Shown here one piece after another: positions 48,336 to 63,212 of a DNA stretch of 64,000 nt (its first letter is position 1; every line of letters starts with the position of its first letter). The translations under genes and the position numbers were made by a program. The DNA lies in the NCBI RefSeq assembly GCF_009914755.1, contig NC_060935.1. The stretch is one strand, 5' to 3'. Below the pieces are notes generated by a model. That model saw only the letters and a list, made by a program, of their open reading frames with translations, searched no databases and had not been told where the DNA came from. This stretch comes from the human T2T-CHM13v2.0 reference genome, Homo sapiens.

Positions 48336-49324
48336 CCCTCTTGGAATTTCTTTCTTTTTTTTCCTTCTACCTGAATCGTCAAATAGAGAACTGCCTTAAA
48401 CCATTAAATTAATATTCTGATAAAATGTCTATCTCTGTATTGTTCAGTACCCTGTCATTGTTAGTAAGAGTCTCTCTAATAACATGGAAAAGACCAATTA
48501 GAAGATGCTTAAGAGACCTTGATTTCTGTACATAAACACAGAATGGGCTCATTTCCATTCACATTTCACTTTGAGGCAACATGTTTTTCCTGGACAAAAT
48601 ATCCCCACGACACTCAGAAACCTATTGTGAACTTCTCACATTTATTTAATATAGTTTCCAAATAAAACGTATAGGTATAGAGGAAGAGTAAATAATCAAA
48701 AATTACACTGGGATTCAGATTAAGTTTTAGAAATAATCATTGTACAAGAAGTGACACAAAATTCAAAACCTAAGTTCCTGAAAAATTTAGGTATCATATG
48801 CTCAATAACTAATCCAAGTAGACTTAAATTTTAAGTCACATAATAGAAACTGAACAGCTACTTCCACATTTTCCTGTGATAGATTAGGCAAGCCCTCCTC
48901 TGAAGACAACTAGAAAGGCTGAATATTTTTTTTTTTAATTTGTTTAAGTAGTCAGCCAGTACTGAGGGGGCCATGATCCAGGAGAAAAAAAAAAAAATGG
49001 ACTGAAGAAAGACTTTCCCTTTGAAGTATGTGACAATTCATTGAAGTTGAACTCATTGATAAGAAGCTAAGAAGTTGGGACAGAAGCACCAGGTGAGCTT
49101 TGAACATTTTTGAGTTCTGGGCTAATACTACATTTAAAATCTTATCAGTGAATATCTGGGAGGGAAAAGAAGCACAGATATCTGAAGCAGATATTATTTC
49201 CTCCCTTGAATTCTTTGCTAATTTGTAGGCATTTACTGAAAATGTCAGAAGTGGCTAAGAGATTGGACAGATGAGAAGAGCTTTAGGCAGTCATACTGAA
49301 TTGAAGAAAAAAAGAATTGTAATT

Positions 49325-49755
49325 GTTCATTAGTCTATTTCCTGTTGTTTATAAGAGAATGCCCACAACTGGGTAATTTATAAAGAAAACAGGTTTATTC
49401 TATTTTTTATTCGGCAGGCTAAGAAGTTCAAGGGCATGCCTCTAGCTTCTGGTGAGGGCTTTTGTGCTGTATCACAACAAGGTGGAAAAGGAAGTGGACA
49501 CATGCAAAGAGGGGAAACTTGAGAGGTGTTCTGACTTTATAATCACTCACTCTTCCAGGAACTAATCCATTCCCATGAGAATCAATCGAGTCTCTCAAGA
49601 GTGAGAACTCACTCAGGAGGAGAGAGGAGCAACAAGCCATTGATGAGGGATCTGCCCTCATAACCCAAACATCTCCCACTAGGCCCCACCTAACAACATC
49701 ACATGGGGGATCAAATTCCAGCCTGAGTTTTATTGAGAACAAACAAACCATTGCA
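49325..49755 (-). mobile_element. MSTB-like MaLR solo LTR
   Basis: aactgggtaatttataaagaaaa..gcttctggtgagggcttt..gagggatctgccctcataacccaaacatctcccactaggccccacc..caaaccattgca. Confidence 0.82.
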
Positions 49756-50741
49756 GATAGTAACCACTTTGAGTTTTTATTTGGGATCATTACAGGCTAT
49801 ATTTTAGTTGTAAAGACAAACTGGAAAGTGATAGGCTCCAACAAAAATGGAAACTGCTTCAGATCCTCTCACTATCAAGCTAGCTTAAAATGGTCTTCCT
49901 CTCTTTTAACTGCTATAAACAAGCAACAGCAAATTCTCTCTGGATGAACATACAACCAGATGTAGCCTTAGATTACCTCTACAATTTTTATACATGTTGT
50001 CTATCATTTCAGTAGTAAATGGACAGACATATAAAGCATTAAAGAAAAAGAATGAAATGATTGAAAACCAGGAAAAACAGTCAATGAAATCAACCCCATC
50101 CCAATCATTAGAATCAATAGAGTGAATTTAAATACAAATATGAATAATATATTCAAGAGAATAGATGAAAAGTCAGAGAAGTAAGTTGAAAGCAGTAATT
50201 TTTTTAAAAAAGAGAAATTTAAGAAACTAAACATTTAAAAATTTAAGAACTCAATGGATGTGTCACCTTCAGCAGAATAAACACAACCAAAAATGAAGTT
50301 TAGAAAACTTAGAGGAATAGAATATATCCAGACTGAAACATGGAAAAACACAATTTTTGAATATAGAAAAGTATAAAATATGATGAAAACATCTAAGTCA
50401 GATAATTAGTTTTCCAGGGGGAGAAGAAAAAAGAGAATAGAGTAGAAATCATATTTGAAGAGATAATGATGGAGTATTTCCAAAACCAAATGTGCAACCA
50501 GCATGAAACCTACCAAAACACAGATTAATAAGTATGATGAATCCAAGCAAAATGAATATGAAGTAATTCACACTCAGGTTTATCATAGTAAAGCTGCTAA
50601 AAATGAAAGGCAAAGTTATTGAAAGTAAAATGCAGGAAGTGAGAAAAAGAAGCACATTAAACCCTCCAAAACTAGAGGTCATAGAAAAATAAAAATTTAT
50701 GGAGAATTGCTTAAAAAAAGTATAGTAGAAAGAAAAAGTTA

Positions 50742-51046
<305 letters not shown>

Positions 51047-51280
51047 TGTTAAAGTCAAAATTGATTCTTTGAAAAGACTAATAAAACTGATGAACATTTA
51101 TGAACACTTGGCAACAATGAAAGAAATGAGAAATGCACAAGTTATACACTAAAAAGTAATTGTAAAAGGGCAGCCAAAAAGAATATTGTGAAATATGTTA
51201 TGGAAATAAATTTGAAAATTTAGATAAAATAGAAAAATCCCTACATAAGTATTAAATTATGAAACAGAAACAAACATAAA

Positions 51281-51424
51281 ACAGAATAATTTTATATCTC
51301 TTAAATCAGTGGAAGTTTATTTAAAACATCTGCAGAAACTCGCACACACACACACACACACACAAAGACAGAATAATTTTATATCTCTTAAATCAGTGGA
51401 AGTTTATTTAAAACATCCCCAGAA

Positions 51425-51469
<45 letters not shown>
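51281..51469. repeat. Tandem duplication of a ~62-bp unit plus (CA)n
   Basis: acagaataattttatatctcttaaatcagtggaagtttatttaaaacatc..cagaaactcg occurs at 51281 and 51368, followed by (CA)11 and (CA)20 respectively. Confidence 0.95.
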
Positions 51470-51473
<4 letters not shown>

Positions 51474-51764
51474 CTGGCCCACCAACTTCACTAACAAATT
51501 ATTCTATACCTTTAGACGAGAAATAACACCAATACTCAACAATTTTTTTTCAAAAAAAAGCAAAGAGGAAAACTTCATTTTATAAGTCCAGAAAAACAGT
51601 AATATCTAAATATTAAAATGATTTCAAAATAAAGACAAAATGTAGGCCAAACTCTTATAAATATCAATGAAAAATCTCAAATAACATATTAGGAAACTGT
51701 CCAGCAATGTATAGAAATGCCAATACTCATTCAAATTTGGTATACCCCAGGAATGAAAAATTAT

Positions 51765-52316
51765 TATTGTTATTATTGTGGTAAAAACAGGTAACAAGAG
51801 GTCTGTCTTAACAAATTTTTCACTGTACAGTACAATATTGTTAACTATAAGCACAATATTGCACAGCAGATCATTAGAACTTATTCGTCTTGCAGAACTG
51901 AAACTTTGTATTTCTTGAATAGCAGCTCCCCATTTCCTTCATCCCCCCAACCCCTGGCAACCACAATTCAGTTTATGCTTTTATCAAGTTGACTATTTTA
52001 GTCATCTAAGTTGAATCATGAAGTATTTGTTTTCCTGTGATTGGCAGACATTATGTTATTTCACTTAGCATAATGTTCTCACAGTTTATCCATAGCAAAG
52101 TGGTGCAACCACTATGGAAAACAGTATGTAGCTTCCTCAAAATATTAAAAATTGAATTGCCATATGATCCAATAATCCTATTTCTGGGTATTTATTTTGA
52201 AGAGATATATACACCCTCATGTTCATTGCAGCATTGTTCACAACAATCAAGATGTAGATACACCCTAAATGTTCACTAGTGGATGAATGGATAAAGAAAA
52301 TGTGGTATATACATAT
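51765..52316 (-). mobile_element. L1MB-like 3' end with an inverted 5' segment
   Basis: Reverse-strand 3'UTR (tgttaactata..cagcagatcattagaacttattc) to ~52093, then forward ORF2-end sequence (gtggtgcaaccactatggaaaacagtatg...gataaagaaaatgtggtatataca). Confidence 0.7.
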
Positions 52317-54140
52317 ATAATTATTTTAATTTTCGAAAGCTGGTCAGCTTAATTTACCACATTAACAACATAATGCCGTCAATAAATTAAAGAAAACGTG
52401 ACAAATTCAACATCATTCTGATAAAATGACCTTGGCAACCTAGCTAAAAAAGATAACTTCCTTAATCTATGCCAGAGTCTTTACAGTGAAGATAACACAA
52501 CAGTAAAATGTTGAAATATTTCTTCCTGATATCCAGCATAAGTAAAAGATGTCTTCACTCACTACTTTTTCCCAATATTTTATTGAAGGTTCTAGCAAGT
52601 TTAATAAGGAAAGAAAAGAAATAAAAAGGAGTAAACTGTCATTAGCCAAGAATAATGCAATTATTTACCTAGAAGATCTGAAATAATCTATAGATATACT
52701 ACAGATACACTATTACAAATAACAAAGGAATTTAGAAAATTGGTGCATACTAGTTTGGCATACATAAATACATTTAATTTCTATATATCCAAAACAAATA
52801 CAAATTAAAAACTTAAATATATTACTTAAAAACCACTTAATACAAAGAAATAAGCCTAAATAATATGTGCAAGATCTATTCATGCATGCAAGATAAATTA
52901 TGGGAGATTTTACTTGATAAAGAGTTATACTGTATTCATAAATTGGATGAATGAATAATGTACAGTTAATTCTCTTAAAGTCGATTACAGATGGATTGTA
53001 ATCTCAATCAATATTCCAGTGGGTTTTCCTTGGTGGGGTTTAGGTGGAGACGATATTTACAAGTAGGTTCTAAAATTTATAGGGAAATGTAAAAGTTCAA
53101 AAATAGCCATGATAACCTTAATAAAGAACAAAGTTTATTTGAAAAATGTAGTATTAGATATTAAGGTTTTAGAAAATTAGACATAATTTGTTGAAATTAT
53201 GGGACCAATAGAACAGAGTCCCACATGCATACAGAGACTTAATTTCTAACAAAGGCAACACTGCAAAGAAGTAGGAAAAAATGTTCTAATAAAAAAGATT
53301 CTAGGTGAATCATATGTCTTTATGAAAAAAGAGTCTTGATACTTAATCCACACTGTTTACAAAAATCAAAATTCAAGATAGATTGTAGACCTAAATAGGA
53401 ATGATAAAATAATAAATCTTCTTGATAATAATAAAAGGAGATATTTTCACCATAGAATAGGAAAGAGTTTTCAAAAAGGGCATAGACAGAACTATTAAAG
53501 TCAAAATTGTTAAAAGTATCTATAATATAACTAATAGCTTATTTTCATCGAAAGACACCACTAATTGAATAAAAATGTAGGCCACAAATTAGGAGAAGAT
53601 CTTGTAGTGTGTGTGTATGTGTGTGTGTGTGTTGTGTATACAGATGACAGATACCAAAATGATAGCTAGATAGGCAAAAAGATAGTCTGAAGACGACTCA
53701 TATTTAAAGTATATGAATAATTTCTATAATTTAATATAAAAATAGAAAATCCTATAGAAAAGTAAGTGGTCAGGAAGCTTGAACACTTCACACCTCACAA
53801 AATATGATTTGAAATGACCAGTGAATGTTTTTAAAGTGGTTAACTTTAATCATTAGGAGAATACAAGCTAAAACCACTACGAATAGCACTACTCACAGAC
53901 CAAAATGGCAAAAAGTTAAAAACGATCGACATAGTTCAGTATAAAATGGAAAGCAACTGCAATTCTCAATCATTGATTTTAAGAGCATAGGTTGGTACAA
54001 CTGCATTGGAAAACTATTTGGCAATATCTCCTACAACTGAATATAAGCATACAATATAACCCAGCAATTCTGGCCCTAAGTATGTTTCTAACAGAAATGC
54101 TATTAAATACACACCAAAATGCATACAGAAGAATGTTCAC

Positions 54141-54607
54141 TGACAGAGCAGGAGCATCGCCATCTTGGACAAGCCCCTCATTCTAAAGTTCACCTTAATA
54201 AAAAACCATCTAAATCCAAAGAGCATCAGCTTAGTGGGTAAGGTCAGCACGACCATAAACCAAAAATAACATCTCCAACAACAAGAAACATTCCAAAATC
54301 CTCCCCAAGCAGAGACATGCTAGACCCTAGATAACCCCAGTCCAGGCCAGAAAGATGTCTGCCCCAAGATAACCTCCCCTTCTCCCAGACAGATTCCAAC
54401 TCTGCCATAAACTTCTCCACATACACAAATATTCCAAGCTTATAATAAGTTTGCTTACCCTAAAACCAATATATACTCTTAGTCTGTAAGAGAAAGTGCT
54501 CCTGACCAGGATCGTCCAAGAGCACCTCTCAGGTTTTGTCTAAAGTAAACCTGTCTTTAACTGCCAGCTGCATTTAGTGTTTGTTTCCTCTTTTTTCAAC
54601 TCTTACA
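54141..54607 (+). mobile_element. ERV solo LTR (ERV1-class; LTR15/MER83/MER84-like start)
   Basis: TG...CA termini (tgacagagcaggagcatcgccatcttgg...tcttaca). Perfect 5-bp TSD ttcac (54136-54140 / 54608-54612). AGTAAA poly(A)-type signal at 54544. It interrupts the host L1. Confidence 0.88.
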
Positions 54608-57249
54608 TTCACAGTAGCACTATTTGAAATAGTCTCATTTTAATAACAACCAAAATGTTCATCACCAGTAGAAAGGATAATGAATTGCAGTTTATTTATA
54701 TAATACAGTAGTAGACAGCAATGAAAATGAACAAACTACCGTTACATGAAGGAAAATGAATAATATAATAAACATAATACCAAGTTAAAGAAAATATACG
54801 GAAAGGAGAAGATTATACATATTCCACTTACATAAAATTTTGAAGAAGGCAATAACCCAGAATATTGGAAGTTAAAACATTGGTTCCTTTTGAAGAGTGT
54901 GTTAGACTTGGAATGAGCAAGCTGGAACGTTGGGACCTTGCTCACTGGAGCACTGGTAAAGTTTTATTTCTGGATCTGATTGGTGTTTAAATGGGCTTGT
55001 TAATTTCATGCAAATTCAATGTACTACACATCATGGTTTCTGTGCTCTTTTGGTTGTACATTATAATGCGTTAAAATATTTTTATTTAAACAGGAAACTT
55101 AAAATTTAATTTCTGATTAGTCAAGAAATTTATAATGCTGACTTGTAAAATTTCAGCAGCAAATTCTGCTTAAAGGAGATTCATCATTAATTCATTTCAT
55201 TCTTAGGAGTCTTCAAATGCTCAGGCATCTTTAAGACTGTCTTGGAGTCCTTGGCCATCACTTTTTCAAAAATCCAGTGATATAATGATAAAACCGATTA
55301 TAGCTAACATTAAGTTATATTATCCATATTTAGGCTTAAAAATTGAAATTTGTAATTCTTAGAAAATCCTTTTGGAATCTGAAAATAGTGGACCAAATTC
55401 AGTACAGTCCAAGTACATCAACATTTATTAAGTATCTACTATGTTCCAAGCCTAAGTCAAATTTGATGACAAACATATTATATCTGTCCTAAATCAAGCT
55501 TATACTCTGGTGGAAGACTTGAAGAAAGAAAGACTTGAAGAAGGAAAGACTACAGAAAAGTATAATTTAAATACAATTGAATAATATGTATAACAAAGAC
55601 CTATACAAAATGAGACACGAGAAATTGGGCCCATGTCTTGAAGAAAAGTTATTTTATTTTTTATAAGTTGATATCTGGTCTCAAATCTAAAGTGTCAAAG
55701 AGCTGACAATTGGTGAAATGTACAAAAGTAAGGATAATTTTGAGAAAACTCTCTTGCTGAATACAGCAGAAATATTTTTACTCAAATGTGATAGGAGCAA
55801 ACACTATGGTCCAGGAAACAAATGTTCAAAGTAAAATATAAAATTCTAGGCCATATTTATATAATACATAATAATTACAGCAATAATGTTATAAAAAGAC
55901 ATTGCTAATAACTGGAAAAACTGAAAGGTACTAAAAAGTAAAATGGACATGATTGAGACAGAATAAATCAATCAGCAAATACATATTAAGTGCCTGTTGT
56001 ATGTGAAGCAGTTTATTATATGCTGAGGGTACAGTGGTAATCAAGACAGAGAAGTTACTGTATCGAGTCTTGAAGTTTTTGCAAAATTGTCAGATATAAA
56101 AATGGAGATGGCATTTGCAGCACTGCAAATATCATGAACAAAGGCAAAGAGGCATGAATCCACATTTTTTTATGTAAGGAAAATTCCAGCCACTTAATTT
56201 TCACAGAAATTTAAAATGTGAACATGACACAGTCTAATTTATACTATTTTATAGATGACTCTTCTTTGCGAATGGATTTAAACGTTTTCCATTTTCAAGT
56301 ACTTATTAGGAGGCCATTTCCATAAGTCAGGTGAGAAGTGATGATTTGAAACAAGGAAGTGATTATAGGATGGAAAATAAGGAACTGAAGTAAGAAATAC
56401 TGTGTTTATGAGGACAAAGAGGCAGGGTTTTGTGACTAATATCCTATGGAGTATGAGGAAGGAAAACAAATCTAGAATGACACCGAATTTTCTGATTTGA
56501 GTGATTAGTAACATTTACTAAAGAGAAATACGTTTCTTGGGGAAGTTTAGTTTTAAACATGTTAACTTTGAAACGCTTGTGAAACAATCAAGTGAATGTC
56601 ACAAATGCAGTTACACATATAATCTGAAATGTAGAGAAGTCTGGCCTGAGATATTTAATTCAGATATTATCAATAAATCTATATTTGGTAGAACTGGTAA
56701 AGGGAATGTGATCACCCAATGAGGATGCTGCATGTTACGAGCAATTGAGAAATTCATTTATTATAATTTTTTAGTCTGACAAAATTTCTTTTCTAGTTTG
56801 TATTGCCCCCAAATGGTTTAACTGTACTGGCTGTTCATACTTGAATGTCCAGTTAGAGCATAAGTCATATCTCAGACAGAAAGAGATAAAAATCTGTTTA
56901 GGGAGATGTATTGAGTAGAAAACATGAACCCAGGCTACAAGAGAAGCGTAGAGAAACAGGCAGTGCCAAATGGTTCATAGTTCAGTATCTGTAATTTCAG
57001 ATCAGGGGATGTGACACTATTTTGAAAAAAAAAAACAAACATACTCTAGAGTATAATTACCAAGCATTTCTGTTGTAGGTTGTGTTTGGAACAAGCAGAT
57101 GTGAGGGTGAAGCTTAGACCTATATAGAGAGAAGCACTGAGAGGATTCAAACAAGTACGAGGGAAGAATCAACACATCTCATTTGTATGCTGGATCTAAG
57201 AAATGTCAGTGTCAGAGTAAAGTGAAGAATCATTCAGGGTTGTATTTAG

Positions 57250-58200
57250 GTGTGAGAGGGAGTGTTGGGAGTCACTGACCTTTGCTGCATTTGAGATGGT
57301 TGACTACTTTCTCCTGGAAAATCTCATCCCATGGCTTCTATAGTAACAAATTCTCCTAACACTCCTCTTGCCACCCTGTTTTCTTCCTCTCTATCCTCTA
57401 GGTGAGTCTCTCATCCTACAGGCCGAGTTTAGATATTTCCTAGAGATTTGTCTTTGAAATTTTTCTATTGCACTTTTGTATAGTTTCCCTTTTGGATTTT
57501 ATCCTATGACTCCAATTACCATTTATATCTAATTACTTCTACATATCTATCTTTAGCCTTGTTATTCTTCCTGTGCTCTAGATTAAAATATTCAACACCT
57601 ACTAGACAGCTTGCTCCAGAGGAACCTCCAATAAAACTGGCCTAAAATATCAGTACTGTTCATTTCACCAGTAGAAATTATTGCCCTTTCTGCCATATAT
57701 CTCTAAAGGAATGCTACCATTGTTCCTCTAATTGTTCAAACAAGGATTATAGGTTTGGGGCAGTGTCACTCTTTCTCACCAGGAATCTGCTCCTTCCAGA
57801 GACAAAGTCACGATGATTCCATTGACTCAGTGTCTTGGGAAGCTATTTTTTTCCCTTGACTGTCTCAGTGATGGCTTTATTTTGAACCTTATTATCTCTC
57901 ACTTGAATTAGGTGCTACTGTTCTCCCTTTGCTGTTATGAGTGAGATTTCTAAAACACAAATGTAATAATATTACATCTCTGCTTAAACATTTAAATTTG
58001 GCTCTCTTTGTCTTTAAATAAAGTCCAAACTCCTTGAGGAGGCACGTAAGATCCTTTATCCTGTAATTTCTCAGTAGTCTTTCTTTTCATTCCCCTTTTC
58101 TTTCTGTATGCCACATTACTGTAGGTGCCTGCAAGATATCACATTTTTTATTAATCATCCCTACTATGGTACCAATGTTCACTTCATGTTCACTTAGTCC
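57250..58200 (+). mobile_element. L2 fragment
   Basis: Pyrimidine-rich L2 body (ctgcatttgagatggttgactactttctcctggaaa..aataaagtccaaactcctt). Confidence 0.55.
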
Positions 58201-60429
58201 AGTGCTTTTTGTTTTCATTTTCCTATATTCTGGCTGTTTTTCTAACCCCATTTCAGATGCCTTTTATTCTAAGTCTTCTGTGATCCTACATGTGGGAAAG
58301 AGCAGTTTTGTACTTTAAACACTGTGTGCTTAATTCTGCCTTAGCGTGAATGACATTGTAATTTTAATTGTTATGTGCTTCTCTTTTTCAAGACACTATT
58401 TCATTCCATTGTCCTAGCACTTCACTGGATTCATTGCTTGTCAATAAAGAAGGTGTCTTTAATATTGAGTAAATGGACGGAGTGAGGCAATTGTTAGAGA
58501 AGAAAGACTATTATAAGAAGAAAGAGAAAGATATGTCGGCAATTTAAATGAGTAAGGATCTTTGGAGGTTATGCTGAGGTTTAGGCTCAAGGAAGATATG
58601 AGCCTGTCTGCAAGAAAATTAGAGTATTTATGTCTTCAAGAAAATTAGAGTATTTTGGTTAACAAAATTTTGATATAGAAAACAACTTAGAACAACCCGA
58701 AGCTATATATAAGCAAATGGCAGTTATTATAATGTACGCATTCAGAGGAGTTGAACTGTAAGGTTATTTACAGGAATAAAAGTAGTGAGAGTAAGCTTTA
58801 AAGAAAAGACAAGACTTAAACTGAGTTTTCTCCCCAGTTAGTTACTCTGTTTGGACTTCCGTCACGTCATCCTAACCCAAAACCTTGGACTCGTTGTCCC
58901 ATGTTTCTCACAGAGTCAAAGACGTGTAATAGGCATTCTGTAAATGTTTGTATAATCAGCAACAAGCAAGAATTGGGAGTCCAATGTGGCCATGTAGAAA
59001 GTTAAACACAGGATTGAATATGGAAGTACAGAAATAACAGATGGCCATATTGAGAGTCTAAGCATTCTCACACGTAAGAGAATCATAGTATTTGTAGAGT
59101 GATAAACATCCAATGCTGGGAACTGCAGCTCTGGTTCCATGAACTCTTGGATAAAAACCCTAAGGCTAGTTATAATAAAGAACTCAGCAAGGGGGATCAT
59201 TAGGAAAGTCAAAGTATTTTATCCTTTAGGGAAGTTACCATCATTCTATAAAGATAATTTAATGTCTTGCATTTTATTATAACACTCTCAAACAATTCAG
59301 TTTATAATTCAGTGTTTTATTCCCCTGCTTGATTGATTTTTTAACCATGATTGATTGGAGCCCCACTCTCAGCACTTCCAGAGAAACTGAGTGAGTTGTA
59401 AAGTTCTTCAAAGGACATTATTTATTCAGTTTCACATGCATTATTTGTAAAGGTAACAAATATTTATTAGGCACCTATTATATGCCTATGCTATCATTTG
59501 AGATACAATGACAAGCTGTTCTTTATTCACCTCTACCTCCACCACCACCCCATACACACTTGAAGTTCCTTGGGGGCAGGAATTGTATATTGAATATATT
59601 TATATTCCAGTGCTTGGCAAATAGTAAACATTGAATAATTATTTATTAAATTAATGAATGACAATTTAAACATTATAAATACAATGATTTAAATATGCAC
59701 AAGATGCTATAGAAACTATAAAATGAAGAATAATTACTTACTGCCTAGCACAATATATTTCAGAGAGATTTTCAATTGTGTTGATAAATTTTGGAATGAA
59801 TAAGTGTATGAGACACCATGAATCCCTCAATTCAAATACTCCATTGTTTTCTAGATGCTATATAATGAAAATACTTTTAAAGTGAAAATTATAGTGTTGA
59901 TAAGTTAATGCATCTTCAAAACTTGAAGTTAATTCATTTAATTAACACATTTTTATGTAGCACTTACTGCGTGCAAGGCATTGCATTTAATGCTTGTGCT
60001 CAAATGGGGACAAGAAAAAGTCATTTTGTTGAAATAACTCGGTAATTCATCTGAATTTGTAGAACAGCTAATTATATGAGAAATAAAAATATAATCTCTT
60101 CTGATTACCTAAGTGCTTGAAAAAGTACTTGAAAACTGTGGAAGTATGGTTAGAGTAATAGGATGAAAGGTTGTATGGTAAATTAATTAAGAACTCTACA
60201 CTTCTTTGATGGGCCACCTATAATTTCATATTTGTATTTATGTTAATGTCCAGTAAAGTTAATTTTACTATATTCATTTATGTGACTAGAAGATATATAT
60301 ACAACATGTAATAACTTTTATTCAGTTGTACATTTACAGCATTATCTAGAAGCCCTGACTTTTAATATAATGGGTAATGTTTTTCTTCCAATATTCACTC
60401 CTGTCCTCTCCTGTAGTAAATTCATATTT

Positions 60430-60830
60430 TAACTCTAGAGGGTCCAGACTTGTCTCTGTCAACCAGAGTAATTCTTCTCTTTGCTTTAGTTATTAGTTTA
60501 GGTAACCTTAGTCAAGCTGTTTAGCACTTAGATTTCTCTTAGCCTACTCAGAACATTTCCTGGGAATTGTGGGACACAGATATTCTCTTTCTCTCACTGG
60601 ACAATAGCATATGAGGTTGTAAGGCTGGTGATTGCTACAGTGATTCTTCTACAAGAGAAATTAGCCCAAGAATGAAGTTGAAACATGGAGAATTACAAAG
60701 AAATGGAGCCAGAATCCTGATCACCCTATACCTTAAGCCTGACCACTTTGAACTTTTTAATTACATAAGCTAATAAATCCTCTTTAATGCTGAAACCAAT
60801 CTACAATGAATTTTCCATTATTTACATCAA
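60430..60830 (+). mobile_element. LTR16-like ERVL LTR remnant
   Basis: 3' motif ttgaactttttaattacataagctaataaatcctcttta..gctgaaaccaat..ttttccattatttaca. Confidence 0.45.
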
Positions 60831-61192
60831 TGACAAAAATATTAAATGTTATAAGGAGGTGTTAAATTGAGATGTGATTATCAATTTCTCATTAATCATT
60901 AGGCTGCATCTTTCCATTTGATTTGCTACATTAAACATTTAATTATAAGAAAGAGACATCTTATTGAATATTAGAAATTGGCAAGATTTTAGCTTGATAA
61001 TGCATATTACCACAATACATGGAATGCTGTTACTATATTCAGATAATTAGTTACCAACAGTTGGGCTCTACACATTTAAAAATGTTGAAATTAATAGATA
61101 GTATTGAAAATTGACTTAAATTAAAATCACAATATATAAAGTGGAATTAAGATTACAAACGTGATGCATTTTTATTCATTTTTAATTTCTGA

Positions 61193-61490
61193 ATTTTTTT
61201 TTTTTTTAGAGACAGTGTCTTACTCTGTCTCCCCGGCTGGAGTACAGTAGCATAATCATAGCTCTCTGCAGCCTCAAACTGCTGGCCTTAAGTGATTCTC
61301 CCATTGCAGTCCCCAGAGTAGCTAGACCTTCAGAGGTGTGCCACCATGTTCAGCTAATTGTTAATTTTTTTGTAATGATGGGGTCTTTCTATGTTAGCCA
61401 GGCTCGTCTTGAACTCCTGGGCTCAAGTAATCCTCTTGCCTTGGCCTCCCGAAGCACTGGTATTATGGATGTGAGCCATGGTCCCCAGCC
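61193..61490 (-). mobile_element. AluJ
   Basis: J-type reverse dimer (catagctctctgcagcctcaaact..gaactcctgggctcaagtaatcctc). Confidence 0.92.
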
Positions 61491-63212
61491 ATGTTGCATT
61501 TTCAACTGCTCTAGTCCATCTTGAACTTCACCTTATTTGTCCATTATCTGGACCACACCATCTACATAATTACTTCTTTCATCTGCTCACCATCAGTACT
61601 CATTTTCAACCTTTCAACATAGGTTAGCAATTAGCTCATACTTTCTCCTCCATAATTTTCTCATTTATTCTTTCATCTCTTCAACTGCATTTATTTAGCA
61701 TATCCTGTATGCCAGTCATTGAACTCAGGTACAAAATACCCACTGAATATAGCTTTGATGCCATAAGAGTTGAGAAAAATGCTAATACCAAATTTAAATG
61801 ATATTTTTTCATTACAAATTGATGACCACAATGGAAAGAAATATAATGAAGAAACTGATTTTATCTACTCTGAGGCTAGAAAGAATTCCATGAATAGTGA
61901 ACATTTAATCTCAGATCCAAAGATGAGTGGTAATTAACTAGGTGAAGAAATATGCCAGTATTTATTAGCCAGGTAAATCAATATCCCAGGAAGAAAAAGT
62001 ATCCCATTTGAAGCTCTGTGGTAAAAAGAAGCTTGACTCATTTAAAAAAAAAAAGTGAAAGAAGGCCAGTACAGTGAATGAGGAGGATAGTGGCAAAAGA
62101 CAAACTCCACATCATATGGAAATCACAGGCCATTTTAAAGAGTTTAGTTTTCATCCGAAGTTCAATGAAAATACATGAAATGTAAATAGGCAATGAGAGG
62201 ATCAGATTTATATTTTAGAAACAACTTTCTATATATGTTACAATATGAAAAATTACAGAACAGAGGCAAAAGTGGAAGATGCAATTGCAAATTAAGTTTC
62301 AGTTGCACTGATTCAGGAGAGAGGACACTGCAGTTTGGATCATGGCAATGGAGATGGGAAAGAGTGAGGACATTTAAGAAATACTGAGGAATGGAGCTAT
62401 GGAATTTTCAGAAGGTTATATGACTTCTAAATTTCTTGCTTAAACAACCATTAAGAAAAAGAACACAGAGAATAACTAGCTTTGGGAACAAGATTATGAG
62501 ATTTATTTTAAGTATAGTGACTTGATATTCAAGTAGAAACATTACATATACTACTTTAGAATTTCAAATATTTTACATTGAAAATATGAATCTGAGAATG
62601 ATGAGTCAAGCCTCTTTTGGTTGCAGTATATATATAGTATGTATATTCAATCTATCTATCCCTCTATCATCTATTATCTATCTATCAGTCTATTTGGATT
62701 TTATTGCCTTGTATTACTAGAAAGTTGACTCAAAGTTAGCTTCACATATGATAATATCCTGGGGCTCAAATACTTTTATACTTTTATGAGTCCCTTTAAT
62801 TTAGAAGCTGAGAGGAAGCTAGATTGAATTTGGCAATTCTGGAAGGTGAATAGTTGAACAGCATGTGTCATTATTCTCAGCAATATCTCTGTTGCTGTCA
62901 CTTAGCTTCACCATACTTGATTTATATTAATTCAGTAAGACAAAAGCTTTACCACATGCTCAACAAATCGATTTTAAATAAGGCACCATTCTATTTATGA
63001 ATACACTTTCTCTTAAACCTTAGTTTCACCTTCCTCATTCTTCATCTTCTTAATCTGTTTAATAAAAACAAATAAGACAAAAACGCCTGAGAGTTGAAAC
63101 AACTTCAATTATTAAACCACTAATTCTCTTACACCAAATGTAGTCTATTCTCTGCTGTTGTGCTGGTAATCTATGGGGGTTAATTCTGTGACATTCTCAA
63201 CATCAAACTAAT

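Noticed and set aside
51281-51469. Repeat-spacer pattern resembling CRISPR
   Set aside because: Only two copies with CA microsatellite spacers, in primate intronic DNA with no cas genes.
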